Origin: a virus
Taxonomy: Duplodnaviria; Heunggongvirae; Uroviricota; Caudoviricetes
Reading direction: 5' to 3' (one strand)
Length of the DNA stretch: 64,000 nucleotides
IMG/VR virus record: IMGVR_UViG_3300048854_000273
Location: 43,413-107,412 of that record
Part shown: one piece after another, positions 45,573 through 53,979 of the stretch
Position numbering within the stretch: position 1 is the first letter of the stretch
Layout: the number at the start of each line of letters is the position of its first letter
The notes under the pieces: model-generated
What the model was told of the DNA's origin: nothing
The model's input: the letters and a program-made list of their open reading frames with translations, nothing else
Database searches by the model: none
Position numbers and translations under genes: made by a program

Positions 45573-47508
45573 GTTCCGTCGCTCCGCTGACCTTCGTGAT
45601 GCCGCCGGCCTTCTCGGCCACGATCACGTTGTCAATCCAATCCCCGAGCGCGTTATGGCTGATCACCAGCACCGTGCCGCGCTCGCGTGCCTTGCGTTCA
45701 AGAATAGTCATCAGACGCTCCAGACCGGCGTCATCAAGCGCGTGGTCGATCTCGTCACCGATCCACAGGTTGATCGGCTTCGACGCGCGGGTCGCCACCA
45801 TGTCCTGCAGTGCCATCGACGATGCGACGCGCGCCTTGCGCTTTTCACCGCCCGACAGACCGGCGAAGGACTTCGCGCCCTTGTCGTTCGTGACCTCGAT
45901 GTTGAACTTCTCCTTCAGTTCGCCCTTCGCGGTCTTGGCAAGCGTGTTCCAGGTCGCGTGAATGTTCCCGTCTGCCAGCACGCCCAGGTAATCGCTCGTC
46001 TGGTCGTTCAGGATCGGCGTCACAGTGTCGAGAATGTGGGCGCGCACACCGGCGGGGCCGAACACCTTCACCGCGAGATCGGCCAGCTCCTTCGCCTTGT
46101 CAGACTGGAACAACGCGTCCTCTGCATCGCCGACGCGCTTTTCCACCTTCTCGCGCTTCTCGCGCCGGTCGGCTTCGATCTTGACCCAGGGGTTCTCCGC
46201 TTCCAGGTGGGCCTTCGCCGCCTTCTTCAGCGCGTCGATCTGTGCGGTCAGCGTCGATTGCTGCCGCTTGTATGCGCGAACCGTGTTCAGGGTGGCGTTC
46301 GTCGCGGTCACGTCGCGCGCCACTTCAGATACGTCAGTCATTGACGCTTTGTAAGTTGCGGCGCTCTCTTGCAGCGTTTTGAGTTCTTCCTGTTTTGCGC
46401 GAATCCGACCGACGAGCGGCACCAGTTCGGCCTTCGTTTCGCCGAGTCGCTTGGTGCGGGCCGTCTTCGCCGCTTCGAGGTCGTGTTCGCAATACGCCTT
46501 CCCACACTCGCCACACGGTTTGCCGATCTGCGACTCGATCTCGGCGAGACCCTTCTGCTGCACTTCCAGGTTCCGTTTGCCCGCCGCGAGCGTTGCCATG
46601 TCGGAGGCGATCTCGCGCTCCTTTGCCGACACAGCGGAGTTGCGCACGTCGAGGATCTTCTGCTCGCCCTTTTGCGCATCCAGCTTCGTCTGGAGACCGG
46701 CAATCTTGGTTACGAGGTCCGCCTCGTCCGGTTCGGCACCCAGCAGCGCCCCGACCTTCGCAAGTTCCGCCGTGATCGGAGGCACTTTTGCCAGTTCGGT
46801 GCGCGCTTTGTCCTTGCGTTGCGACTCGAACAGCGCCTTCTGTTCCTCAGCCGCCTTCAGCTCATCCTCACTCGCCGTGAGCGCGGTCTTAGCGTTCGTC
46901 AGCTCGTTGGCCGCGATGTTGCGTGCGCTGTCGGCGTCGAGGGCACGTTTGCGGGCTTCTGCATAGGCTTCGGACAGCACTTCGACGCCGGCCGCTTCCT
47001 CGATCAAGAGCTTGAGTTGCTTGTCGGTCATGCCGGGCAGGTCGGGCATCTTTTCCTGTCCCGCATAGACGGCAGCCGTGAACACCTCCTTTGACGAGCC
47101 GATGATCTTCTCGACCACCTTCTGCGTCTCCTTGTCGGTGCCCTTCGTCAGGTCCAGATTGCCGGTCGGCAGGATCTGCTTGGCGATCAGCGCGTTCTTG
47201 ATCTCCTTCGACTTTCGGCCGCGCGAGATTTCGAACAGATCGGCGCCGTCTTCCACCGTCACGCTCACGTGACAGTCTTTGCCGACCGTTTCGTTGATCA
47301 CGTCGTCGCCTGACACGCCACGTGCGGTTTCGCCGTAAAGCACCCAGAACAGTGCGTCGACGATGGAAGACTTTCCGGCGCCGTTGCTCTTGGCAGAGGG
47401 GTCGTCGTTGTTCACGCCCTGGATGAGAATCAGACCGCGGCTGTCGAGGTCGATCTGCGCCTCACCGATCGTGAGGAAATTCCTGATTGAAAGTCGTTTA
47501 AAGTCCAT
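45562..47508 (-). CDS. sbcC: SbcC/Rad50-like ATPase (T4 gp46-like)
   Basis: Walker A NGAGKSSIVDAL, long coiled coil with zinc-hook CGECGKAYCEHD, signature LSGGEKRKARVA, D-loop LWIGDEIDHALD. Confidence 0.85.
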   Translation of the reverse strand: MDFKRLSIRNFLTIGEAQIDLDSRGLILIQGVNNDDPSAKSNGAGKSSIVDALFWVLYGETARGVSGDDVINETVGKDCHVSVTVEDGADLFEISRGRKSKEIKNALIAKQILPTGNLDLTKGTDKETQKVVEKIIGSSKEVFTAAVYAGQEKMPDLPGMTDKQLKLLIEEAAGVEVLSEAYAEARKRALDADSARNIAANELTNAKTALTASEDELKAAEEQKALFESQRKDKARTELAKVPPITAELAKVGALLGAEPDEADLVTKIAGLQTKLDAQKGEQKILDVRNSAVSAKEREIASDMATLAAGKRNLEVQQKGLAEIESQIGKPCGECGKAYCEHDLEAAKTARTKRLGETKAELVPLVGRIRAKQEELKTLQESAATYKASMTDVSEVARDVTATNATLNTVRAYKRQQSTLTAQIDALKKAAKAHLEAENPWVKIEADRREKREKVEKRVGDAEDALFQSDKAKELADLAVKVFGPAGVRAHILDTVTPILNDQTSDYLGVLADGNIHATWNTLAKTAKGELKEKFNIEVTNDKGAKSFAGLSGGEKRKARVASSMALQDMVATRASKPINLWIGDEIDHALDDAGLERLMTILERKARERGTVLVISHNALGDWIDNVIVAEKAGGITKVSGATERGF

Positions 47509-48573
47509 TTATGCCTCCACCGCACGAACTGAATCGAGGATTGCCTGACATGCCTTCGCGACTTCGGCTTCGCGTGCATGCCCTAGCGTCTTGACGTAAT
47601 CACCCACCGAAGCGTCGAGCGTCGCGCCTGACTTGATTGCCGCTGCTCCGCCACGCGTCGGTGCCGTGGTGTTCTTCTGGACGTTCAACACGACGCCTTT
47701 CGCGCCGGCCTCGATCAGGAACTCGCGCAGCGCGGCGACTTCTTCCATCTTTGCCGTGTGGATGGACGCACGCACGTAATTTCCGTCCACGATCAGCGGC
47801 ACTTCGCTCGGATCGGTCGAACCGTCGATCTCCACGAACTCCGGTGCGTGCGACTTCATCCAGCGCACGTCCGTGTCCGACACGATCAGGAAGCCCGACT
47901 TCGCGCCCACGTCCGACCAGGTCTGCGGGGTAAGCGAGCCGATGCTGTAGACGCCGCCACCGAAGTCCTTGTTATGGTGATAGTGGCCGCAGAAGATGCG
48001 CCGGAAGCCGAGCGACTGGAGATAGCCCGCGTCGAGTCCGTGCGGCGGGATGCCCGCGATCACACCGTCAACCGGCGCGTGAAGCATCAGATCGCAGGCA
48101 CCGCGGTCTGCCGAGTCGATAGACTCGATCTGCTTTTTCAGCCCATCGATCGACGGGTTCCAGGGGATCATGGCAACGTCATCCGACGCAGCGAGTCCGC
48201 CAAAGTTGAAATCGTTGATCACCTTGCAGCCGATGCCTTCGAGCGCTGTAATGGCACTCGACACGCGGTTCGCTTCCTTCGATTCAAGGTCGTGGTTGCC
48301 GGCGAGGATCACGATACGCACGCCGCTGTCGATGATCTTCTTGTAGGTGTCGATCGTCGGATTTAGGACCGACGGCGCGATAGAGCCGCGCACGTGGAAC
48401 AGGTCGCCGCAGTGGTAGATCGTGTCGCCGCCGAGCGTCTGCACGGTAGCCGCGCAACGCAGCGTCTCGTCGAGGATCATCTGCAGACGGGTGTTGATCC
48501 CGCGCTCATTGGTCGTCGCGAACGCGCTCCAATTGTGGTGATGGGTGTCACTGATAATGCCATACGGCTTCAT
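47509..48573 (-). CDS. sbcD: SbcD/Mre11-like nuclease (T4 gp47-like)
   Basis: calcineurin-like phosphoesterase motifs GDLFHVRG, GNHD, GHYHHN; GGAGGAA RBS. Confidence 0.85.
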   Translation of the reverse strand: MKPYGIISDTHHHNWSAFATTNERGINTRLQMILDETLRCAATVQTLGGDTIYHCGDLFHVRGSIAPSVLNPTIDTYKKIIDSGVRIVILAGNHDLESKEANRVSSAITALEGIGCKVINDFNFGGLAASDDVAMIPWNPSIDGLKKQIESIDSADRGACDLMLHAPVDGVIAGIPPHGLDAGYLQSLGFRRIFCGHYHHNKDFGGGVYSIGSLTPQTWSDVGAKSGFLIVSDTDVRWMKSHAPEFVEIDGSTDPSEVPLIVDGNYVRASIHTAKMEEVAALREFLIEAGAKGVVLNVQKNTTAPTRGGAAAIKSGATLDASVGDYVKTLGHAREAEVAKACQAILDSVRAVEA

Positions 48574-48582
48574 GATTCCTCC

Positions 48583-48596
48583 AGTCAGTTTTGACT
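48583..48596 (+). promoter_or_regulatory. motif AGTCAGTTTTGACT forming the whole spacer between the SleB-like stop and the sbcD RBS
   Basis: minus-sense read: TAG-TGTAGAT-AGTCAAAACTGACT-GGAGGAATC-ATG. Confidence 0.65.
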
Positions 48597-48603
48597 ATCT
48601 ACA

Positions 48604-49008
48604 CTATTTGAAAAAGACGTGGTTTCCTGTTGCGTAGACCCGCGTCATGTCCTTGTCCCACACCGGATGCACCCACTTCGTGTGGTAGTAGGTCGCACCC
48701 TGCGTAAAGTCCTGCGCCTTCCCCTTCAGGGTCACATACGCGACCGCGCGGGCCAGTCGCCATGCGTTCTCGTCGCGGGGCAGCGCCTGGTTCGTGATCG
48801 TCCAGCCGTGCTTGTGGCGTTTGACGAGGCCGTTTGTCCATGAGAACTGCTTGGGCGCCATTACTACTCCGCAAACCTTTTTCTGGTCGCCTTCTGCGCG
48901 GTTCATCGTCGTCATTGCGACCGCCAGTTGCCCGGCGACCGGTTCGCCGCGAGCTTCGTGGAAAACGTTTAGTGCGAGACACAGAAAGGCGCTTGCTAGT
49001 AGCATCAA
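48604..49008 (-). CDS. SleB-family cell-wall hydrolase (secreted)
   Basis: signal peptide then ALNVFHEARGEPVAGQLAVAMTTMNR and YYHTKWVHPVW, typical of SleB/Hydrolase_2. Confidence 0.6.
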   Translation of the reverse strand: MMLLASAFLCLALNVFHEARGEPVAGQLAVAMTTMNRAEGDQKKVCGVVMAPKQFSWTNGLVKRHKHGWTITNQALPRDENAWRLARAVAYVTLKGKAQDFTQGATYYHTKWVHPVWDKDMTRVYATGNHVFFK

Positions 49009-49049
49009 AACTCCATCAATTCACTCACAATTGTCATTATACAATCATC

Positions 49050-49063
49050 AGTCAGGGATGACT
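49050..49063 (+). promoter_or_regulatory. motif spacer variant AGTCAGGGATGACT
   Basis: half-sites kept, spacer changed; 41 nt upstream of the SleB-like ATG. Confidence 0.5.
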
Positions 49064-49064
49064 G

Positions 49065-49445
49065 TTATTTCAGTTTCATCGCCGAAGCGATTCCCTTCGT
49101 TGTCTTGCCAGGATTGTGGCGAAAACGAATCAGCGGAAGTCCTCTTTGTCGCGTGTCGCCCCAGTGAGGAAACGAATGAGGATCATCAAAGAAATCTTCA
49201 ACAAGTGTGAGATACAACCTCCACGACTTACCGGTCGTTTTGACGCCGATATACTTGATCCCCTTCAGCCGGCATTCTTCGAGCGTCGCCACGTCGATGC
49301 ACCACGCATTCATCTTGTGGTAAATCTCGCGCGACTTTCGTGAAGCGATGTAGCAGGCGCGGCCACTGTCGAGGTAGTGCCACCACCCATAAAATTTGCC
49401 ATTGCGACTGTGGATGTAGCGGTTCGTCATCAGAAGCCGCCCCAC
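49065..49445 (-). CDS. hypothetical protein (126 aa)
   Basis: ORF. Confidence 0.4.
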   Translation of the reverse strand: MGRLLMTNRYIHSRNGKFYGWWHYLDSGRACYIASRKSREIYHKMNAWCIDVATLEECRLKGIKYIGVKTTGKSWRLYLTLVEDFFDDPHSFPHWGDTRQRGLPLIRFRHNPGKTTKGIASAMKLK

Positions 49446-49762
49446 TCGCCATACTGCTCGGTCTTGTGGACGTCCTCGAGTTCCTCCTCTACCTGCCGGA
49501 GGGTTGCCTCAACACGCTCCTGCCGGCGCGCGCGCTTCGCTGCCTTGCCGACCAGCCTGTCGCGGCGCTTCGTCGCGCCCTTCTCACGCTGCTCCGGTTG
49601 CTCGATATCCTTCTGACCGCCCTTTCCATTGAGCATTCGACCATATCCGGCTTCATAGAAATCCCAACCAGCCCACTCAGATGCCGGAGCCTTCATTGCA
49701 GCGTCCCGCTCACCGCTGATTCGATCCCAGCGATTCCGTTCACGTGAATAGTCTTGACGCAT
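49430..49762 (-). CDS. hypothetical basic protein, C-terminus ...YGEWGGF
   Basis: ORF. Confidence 0.4.
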   Translation of the reverse strand: MRQDYSRERNRWDRISGERDAAMKAPASEWAGWDFYEAGYGRMLNGKGGQKDIEQPEQREKGATKRRDRLVGKAAKRARRQERVEATLRQVEEELEDVHKTEQYGEWGGF

Positions 49763-50121
49763 CAGAACGCTCCCCAGCCCGAATCACTGTAGAGCGCCTC
49801 GCGCTGTGCTTGCTCTTGTTCACGTGCGCGTTTCTCGGCACGCTTCTCTGCGGTGTATTCGTCCGGCAGCAGGTAGGAATAGCGCTCAAGCTCGGGCAGG
49901 TCGATGATCTTGTCGAGAATCGCCGTCATCAGAGGCGCCGAAAAGTTGACGCGGACAGGTCGTTGCGGGTGGTCCGCCACTTCCTTATCGAGCAGCCACA
50001 CGAGGTAGCCGGGCTGCTTTTCCAGCAGATAGGCGACATCCCTTCCCTTGTTCTTGCCGAACGGCACGAAGGAGTCGAGATCGAGGTTGTAGGTCGCGAA
50101 CTTGGTCAAAACGCACCCCAC
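49762..50121 (-). CDS. DUF3820-like (ExoX C-terminal-type KGxxL..YLxWL) protein, C-terminus ...SGWGAF
   Basis: FGKNKGRDVAYLLEKQPGYLVWLL. Confidence 0.5.
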   Translation of the reverse strand: MGCVLTKFATYNLDLDSFVPFGKNKGRDVAYLLEKQPGYLVWLLDKEVADHPQRPVRVNFSAPLMTAILDKIIDLPELERYSYLLPDEYTAEKRAEKRAREQEQAQREALYSDSGWGAF

Positions 50122-50462
50122 TCGCTACCGTAGCCGGCGAATGCGACGGTTGTGGCCTGGGCCATGACCGCTTCGGTAACGACCGCGGCTTCCTCGATCT
50201 GGATCTTGGCTTCGCGCTTCATGGCGGCAAAGTCAGGCGGCGTCTTCGTCCAGTTGCGATACCGGCCGCTACCGTCCTTCTGCACCCAGCGGTCAAGCGC
50301 ATCATTCACGTCCTGATCGAAGAACGCCTGCCGCTTGGTTTTGAGCGTCTCGTCGCGTAGCCAACAAAGGTAGCCAGGCTCGACCGTAATCAGCCGCCCG
50401 ATCTCCTTGTCTTTGTGCTTGCCGAAGTTCAGCTTGTCGCTGCGGCCATTCCCTTCATTCAT
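50106..50462 (-). CDS. DUF3820-like protein (tandem paralog), C-terminus ...SEWGAF
   Basis: FGKHKDKEIGRLITVEPGYLCWL. Confidence 0.5.
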   Translation of the reverse strand: MNEGNGRSDKLNFGKHKDKEIGRLITVEPGYLCWLRDETLKTKRQAFFDQDVNDALDRWVQKDGSGRYRNWTKTPPDFAAMKREAKIQIEEAAVVTEAVMAQATTVAFAGYGSEWGAF

Positions 50463-50809
50463 TCAAGCCTCCGTAGGTAAATCACGGTCGTTTTCTTCGT
50501 GGGCGTCGCAATATGCGGCCCGTTGATCTTTTGCAGCAGCGCATACAGCCGGTCTGCGTTCTGCCCATCCGGCGAGTCCAGCTCCGTATGGTTCGACGCG
50601 GCGTGCTGCGCACACATTTCGGCGAGTCGGCCCACTTCGACCTTCTCGACAACTGCTTTGCCAAACACCTCACGAGCCTTCGAGTCCATCAGGAAGACCT
50701 GCTCGCCCTGTGTCAGGTGCTTGGCGTAGAAGCCGCCAATTCGAAACGTGTTGAATGAACCTTCTGTGCCGACGATCGGCGGGATGAAATCAATAACGCG
50801 CGTAGCCAT
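50459..50809 (-). CDS. hypothetical protein (116 aa)
   Basis: ORF. Confidence 0.45.
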   Translation of the reverse strand: MATRVIDFIPPIVGTEGSFNTFRIGGFYAKHLTQGEQVFLMDSKAREVFGKAVVEKVEVGRLAEMCAQHAASNHTELDSPDGQNADRLYALLQKINGPHIATPTKKTTVIYLRRLE

Positions 50810-50866
50810 CTGAACCCCCTTCTGTTGACGTGTAAGTCAAGTATAGAAAGGGGCCAGAAAGGGCTA

Positions 50867-51943
50867 TCAGGCGGCTGCCGCTACGGGAGCGATGGGTGTT
50901 TCGAACTCGGTTTCGATCGCCTTCGACGGCAGGAACTTCAGCAGTTCGGCGCGGGTGCCTTCTGCATTGATCTTTGCTGCGAGCACCTTCGGCTGATACT
51001 TCTTGCCGTCGATCCAAGTCACCCACGACTTGTCGCCCGTGATCAGCTTGTTCTCGATCAGGAATTCCAGCGTGCTGTATGCCGGGTCGAAGCGGGCCAC
51101 GTCGTTCTCGTCAAACATCATGCGCAGCGCGGCCTTCTTAAAGGGCTTGGTGAGCTTCGACTTGACCACGTGAATCTTCACGTTCTGGCCGATGAACTCC
51201 TTGCCGCCCTTCACTTCGGCCATGATTTTCTCGCGGGCGAGGGACAGACGGGCCGTCGCGTAGAACTCCATCGCGGAACCGCCAGGCGTTGTCGTCGGAT
51301 CGCCGAACATCACGCCGATCTTGGTGCGGATCTGGTTCAGGTAGACCAGCGTCGCGTTGGTATCTTCCGCGTGCTGCGCCATCACCTTGAGCGTCGTGGA
51401 CGTCACGCGCGAGAGCGCCGACGTGTCGTTCATGGTCAGCTCGTCAATGCCGCGTTCCTTGCCCTTGCTGTCGACCAGCATCGACTTTGGGATGGCGGAG
51501 GCGATCGAGTCGGAGATCACGAGGATCGGTGCGTCGGCGGGGATCGCACCCGACGAGCGGATCGCGTGAATCGCCTTCGCGGCGATGGTGTTGCCTTCTT
51601 CCCAGGTGCGCGGCTTAACGTAGATCCAGAAGGGCCGGTCGGTCTTGAGACCAAACTGTTGGGCCAGGCCCACGTCGAAGGAGCGCTCATAGTCAACGAA
51701 GATGGCGCAGCCGCCCATACGCTGGGCTTGCACCATCCATTCGGTCGCCATCGCGGTCTTGCCCGACGAGGAACCGCCGAACACTTCAACCATCCGGCCA
51801 TACGGCAGACCGCCGTCGTAGCGACCCGAGATCGCGTGGTTCAGCGGCGGGTAGCCGGTATCGATGAACTGGGTCACCGCTTGGTCGGCGTGGTTCTCGC
51901 CGATTGCCTTGTCGAGTGCGTCACACAAATCGGCAATGCTCAT
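50867..51943 (-). CDS. recA: RecA-family recombinase (UvsX/RecA-like)
   Basis: Walker A GGSSSGKTAMA; LVYLNQIRTKIGVMFGDPTTTPGGSAMEFYATARLSL aligns with E. coli RecA [37 protein letters not shown]. Confidence 0.85.
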   Translation of the reverse strand: MSIADLCDALDKAIGENHADQAVTQFIDTGYPPLNHAISGRYDGGLPYGRMVEVFGGSSSGKTAMATEWMVQAQRMGGCAIFVDYERSFDVGLAQQFGLKTDRPFWIYVKPRTWEEGNTIAAKAIHAIRSSGAIPADAPILVISDSIASAIPKSMLVDSKGKERGIDELTMNDTSALSRVTSTTLKVMAQHAEDTNATLVYLNQIRTKIGVMFGDPTTTPGGSAMEFYATARLSLAREKIMAEVKGGKEFIGQNVKIHVVKSKLTKPFKKAALRMMFDENDVARFDPAYSTLEFLIENKLITGDKSWVTWIDGKKYQPKVLAAKINAEGTRAELLKFLPSKAIETEFETPIAPVAAAA

Positions 51944-51960
51944 GATGTTTTCCTTGAGAA

Positions 51961-51974
51961 CGTCAGTTTTGACT
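51961..51974 (+). promoter_or_regulatory. motif CGTCAGTTTTGACT
   Basis: 17 nt upstream of the recA ATG. Confidence 0.55.
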
Positions 51975-52027
51975 GTTGCTATGTCTATTGAAACATAACG
52001 ACGAAGGGGTTAAAACGGTGGCTGCTG

Positions 52028-52984
52028 CTATGCCCGAAACGGAGCAGTCCAAGCACGCATGTCGCGCAGGATGCTGAAGAACGAGAGCTCCTCGCAGACC
52101 TCAACGAACTTGTCCTCGTCGAACTTGCCGACGATGACTCGCATGTCCTCGCGCTGCGGCTTCTCAACTTTCAGGAGTTGCATCAGCTTCAGGTTACGGG
52201 CGAAAATCTTGCGGCCTTCAGGCGACGCGAGATTCTTGTGATACTTATATTTCGGGACGAAGTCGCCGCTGTCGACGCGCTTCCAGAAGTTGCGAACCGA
52301 TCCGAACTCGGCAATGAACTCCGGCGCGCGCCCGTCACCGATCCCACCCACGCCGCTGATCACGTCGGACGTATCGCCCACGAGACACTTGCCTTCGAGG
52401 AACGCATACGGTGTCGGGTAGCCGGTCTTGTCCATCAGGTTGGCGAGCGTGAAGCGCTTGTCGTCGTCCCGGTGGTCCTGCCACTCGACGTTGCGGCGAA
52501 CCAGTTGCGCCCAGTCCTCGTCGCCCGTCAGCAGTTCGATCTCATTCTCGGGGTTCTTGGACAGCTCGCCAACGAAGTAGCCCGCCATGTCGTCGGCTTC
52601 GTGCTTCATTGCCGTCACCTGACGAACGCCCAAGTGCTGCAGGGCGCGTTCGATGTAGGGGCGCTGCTTCTTGTAGGACTCGCGCTCGATCACCTTCTTG
52701 GCATCGTTCTCGCGGTTGGACTTATAGAGCGGGTGCAACGCGAAGCGCCATTCCGCACGGCCATCCCACAGCGTCATCGGTGTGTAGTTGGGCCGGCGAC
52801 GAATGGCGTTACGCACCGAGCGGATCGTGCCGAAGATAGCTTGGGTTTCGAGTTCGCCAGAGCGTAGCTTGGTGCCGCGGTGTGCCGCATGCCCCACGCT
52901 ATTGCCGTCGATCAAAAGGGTCTTGCTCACTTCTCTCTCCACGTGGACGAAAAAAGGGCTGGCACCCGAGAGCGCCAGCCCCAA
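52028..52984 (-). CDS. 5'-3' exonuclease / flap endonuclease (Pol I 5'-nuclease, T4 RNase H-like)
   Basis: N-terminal LLIDGNSVGHAAHRG like the Pol I 5'-nuclease domain; acidic metal-binding clusters. Confidence 0.75.
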   Translation of the reverse strand: MGLALSGASPFFVHVEREVSKTLLIDGNSVGHAAHRGTKLRSGELETQAIFGTIRSVRNAIRRRPNYTPMTLWDGRAEWRFALHPLYKSNRENDAKKVIERESYKKQRPYIERALQHLGVRQVTAMKHEADDMAGYFVGELSKNPENEIELLTGDEDWAQLVRRNVEWQDHRDDDKRFTLANLMDKTGYPTPYAFLEGKCLVGDTSDVISGVGGIGDGRAPEFIAEFGSVRNFWKRVDSGDFVPKYKYHKNLASPEGRKIFARNLKLMQLLKVEKPQREDMRVIVGKFDEDKFVEVCEELSFFSILRDMRAWTAPFRA

Positions 52985-53000
52985 GCGGGCCGGTTACTGC

Positions 53001-53840
53001 TTACGTGCCGGTCGCTTCGAGGTCGCCCAACAGATCGTCGAGTTCCTCGTTCAGTGCGACGCTTGCGCCTGCCGGCGTTGCGTCCACCTTCGCGCTGCGT
53101 AGTTCCAGCTCACGCAGTTCGTCATCGCCGTCCAGCTCCGGTGCTGCGAGCGACTTCGGCTTGTCTGCGGACGACGTTGCAGCCGGCAGCAGTCCTGCGA
53201 CCGAGCTGATCGCGGAGATCGCGCGACGGGTTTGCTCCTCGTTTTCCTGGGTGACATACTCATCCAGGTTGTGGAGCTTGCCAGCCGTTCCCGCCGGCAG
53301 CGTGTAGGTCTTCGGCGAAACCTGAACGGTGTATTTCGTGTTCAAGCCCTTGCCGTCACGCTGGATCACCACGATCTGCGGCGCCACCGGATCGAACAGC
53401 TTTTCGCCCCACTCCTCGATCGTGTCCACAAGTTGCGTGAACGCCGACTTGCCGAGTTCGTAGATGACCGGGTCCGCGCCGGTCGGGCCGTCGATATCGA
53501 TGACGTTCAGGACGAAGCCCTGCTTCGACTTCGCACCCTTCAGCAGCTCCACCGTTTCGTCGTCGCTCGTCACGCGCATCGCCTTGTTCAGCGATTCACA
53601 TGCCGCGCACGGTTTGCCGAACGTGGCTTCAGCACACGGAATCACCGCCTGGATTTCGCCGGCGGAATTCTTGATGAAGTGCTGACCCCACTCGTGGAAG
53701 AACTGCTGCTCCTCGCCCTTGCGCCAACCGCCGAGAACAACGATCTTGTTCGTGCCGGGACGCGGCTTGACCGTCTTTTCCTTCGGTTTGAGCGCAGCCT
53801 TCTTGGCTTTCATCAGGCTCATCAGTTTGCTTGTATCCAT
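53001..53840 (-). CDS. T4 gp32-like single-stranded DNA-binding protein (alternative GTG start at 53918)
   Basis: basic N-terminus; zinc ligands H..C-x8-C-x2-C (HEWGQHFIKNSAGEIQAVIPCAEATFGKPCAAC); acidic C-tail LDGDDELRELEL...; AAGGA RBS before the ATG at 53840. Confidence 0.6.
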   Translation of the reverse strand: MDTSKLMSLMKAKKAALKPKEKTVKPRPGTNKIVVLGGWRKGEEQQFFHEWGQHFIKNSAGEIQAVIPCAEATFGKPCAACESLNKAMRVTSDDETVELLKGAKSKQGFVLNVIDIDGPTGADPVIYELGKSAFTQLVDTIEEWGEKLFDPVAPQIVVIQRDGKGLNTKYTVQVSPKTYTLPAGTAGKLHNLDEYVTQENEEQTRRAISAISSVAGLLPAATSSADKPKSLAAPELDGDDELRELELRSAKVDATPAGASVALNEELDDLLGDLEATGT

Positions 53841-53947
53841 CTTTTTTCCTTTTTCCAGTTTTCTTTTGATCGTAGAGAGATGCCTTTTAGACAACGCGGT
53901 GTGGTGCTGATGCTTCACCGCGTCATCGTTTCAGCAAGAAAGATTAT

Positions 53948-53961
53948 AGTCAGTTTTGACT
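53948..53961 (+). promoter_or_regulatory. motif AGTCAGTTTTGACT
   Basis: 29 nt upstream of the GTG at 53918 (107 nt upstream of ATG 53840) of the SSB gene. Confidence 0.6.
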
Positions 53962-53979
53962 ATCCTTCGACAGGCAAAA

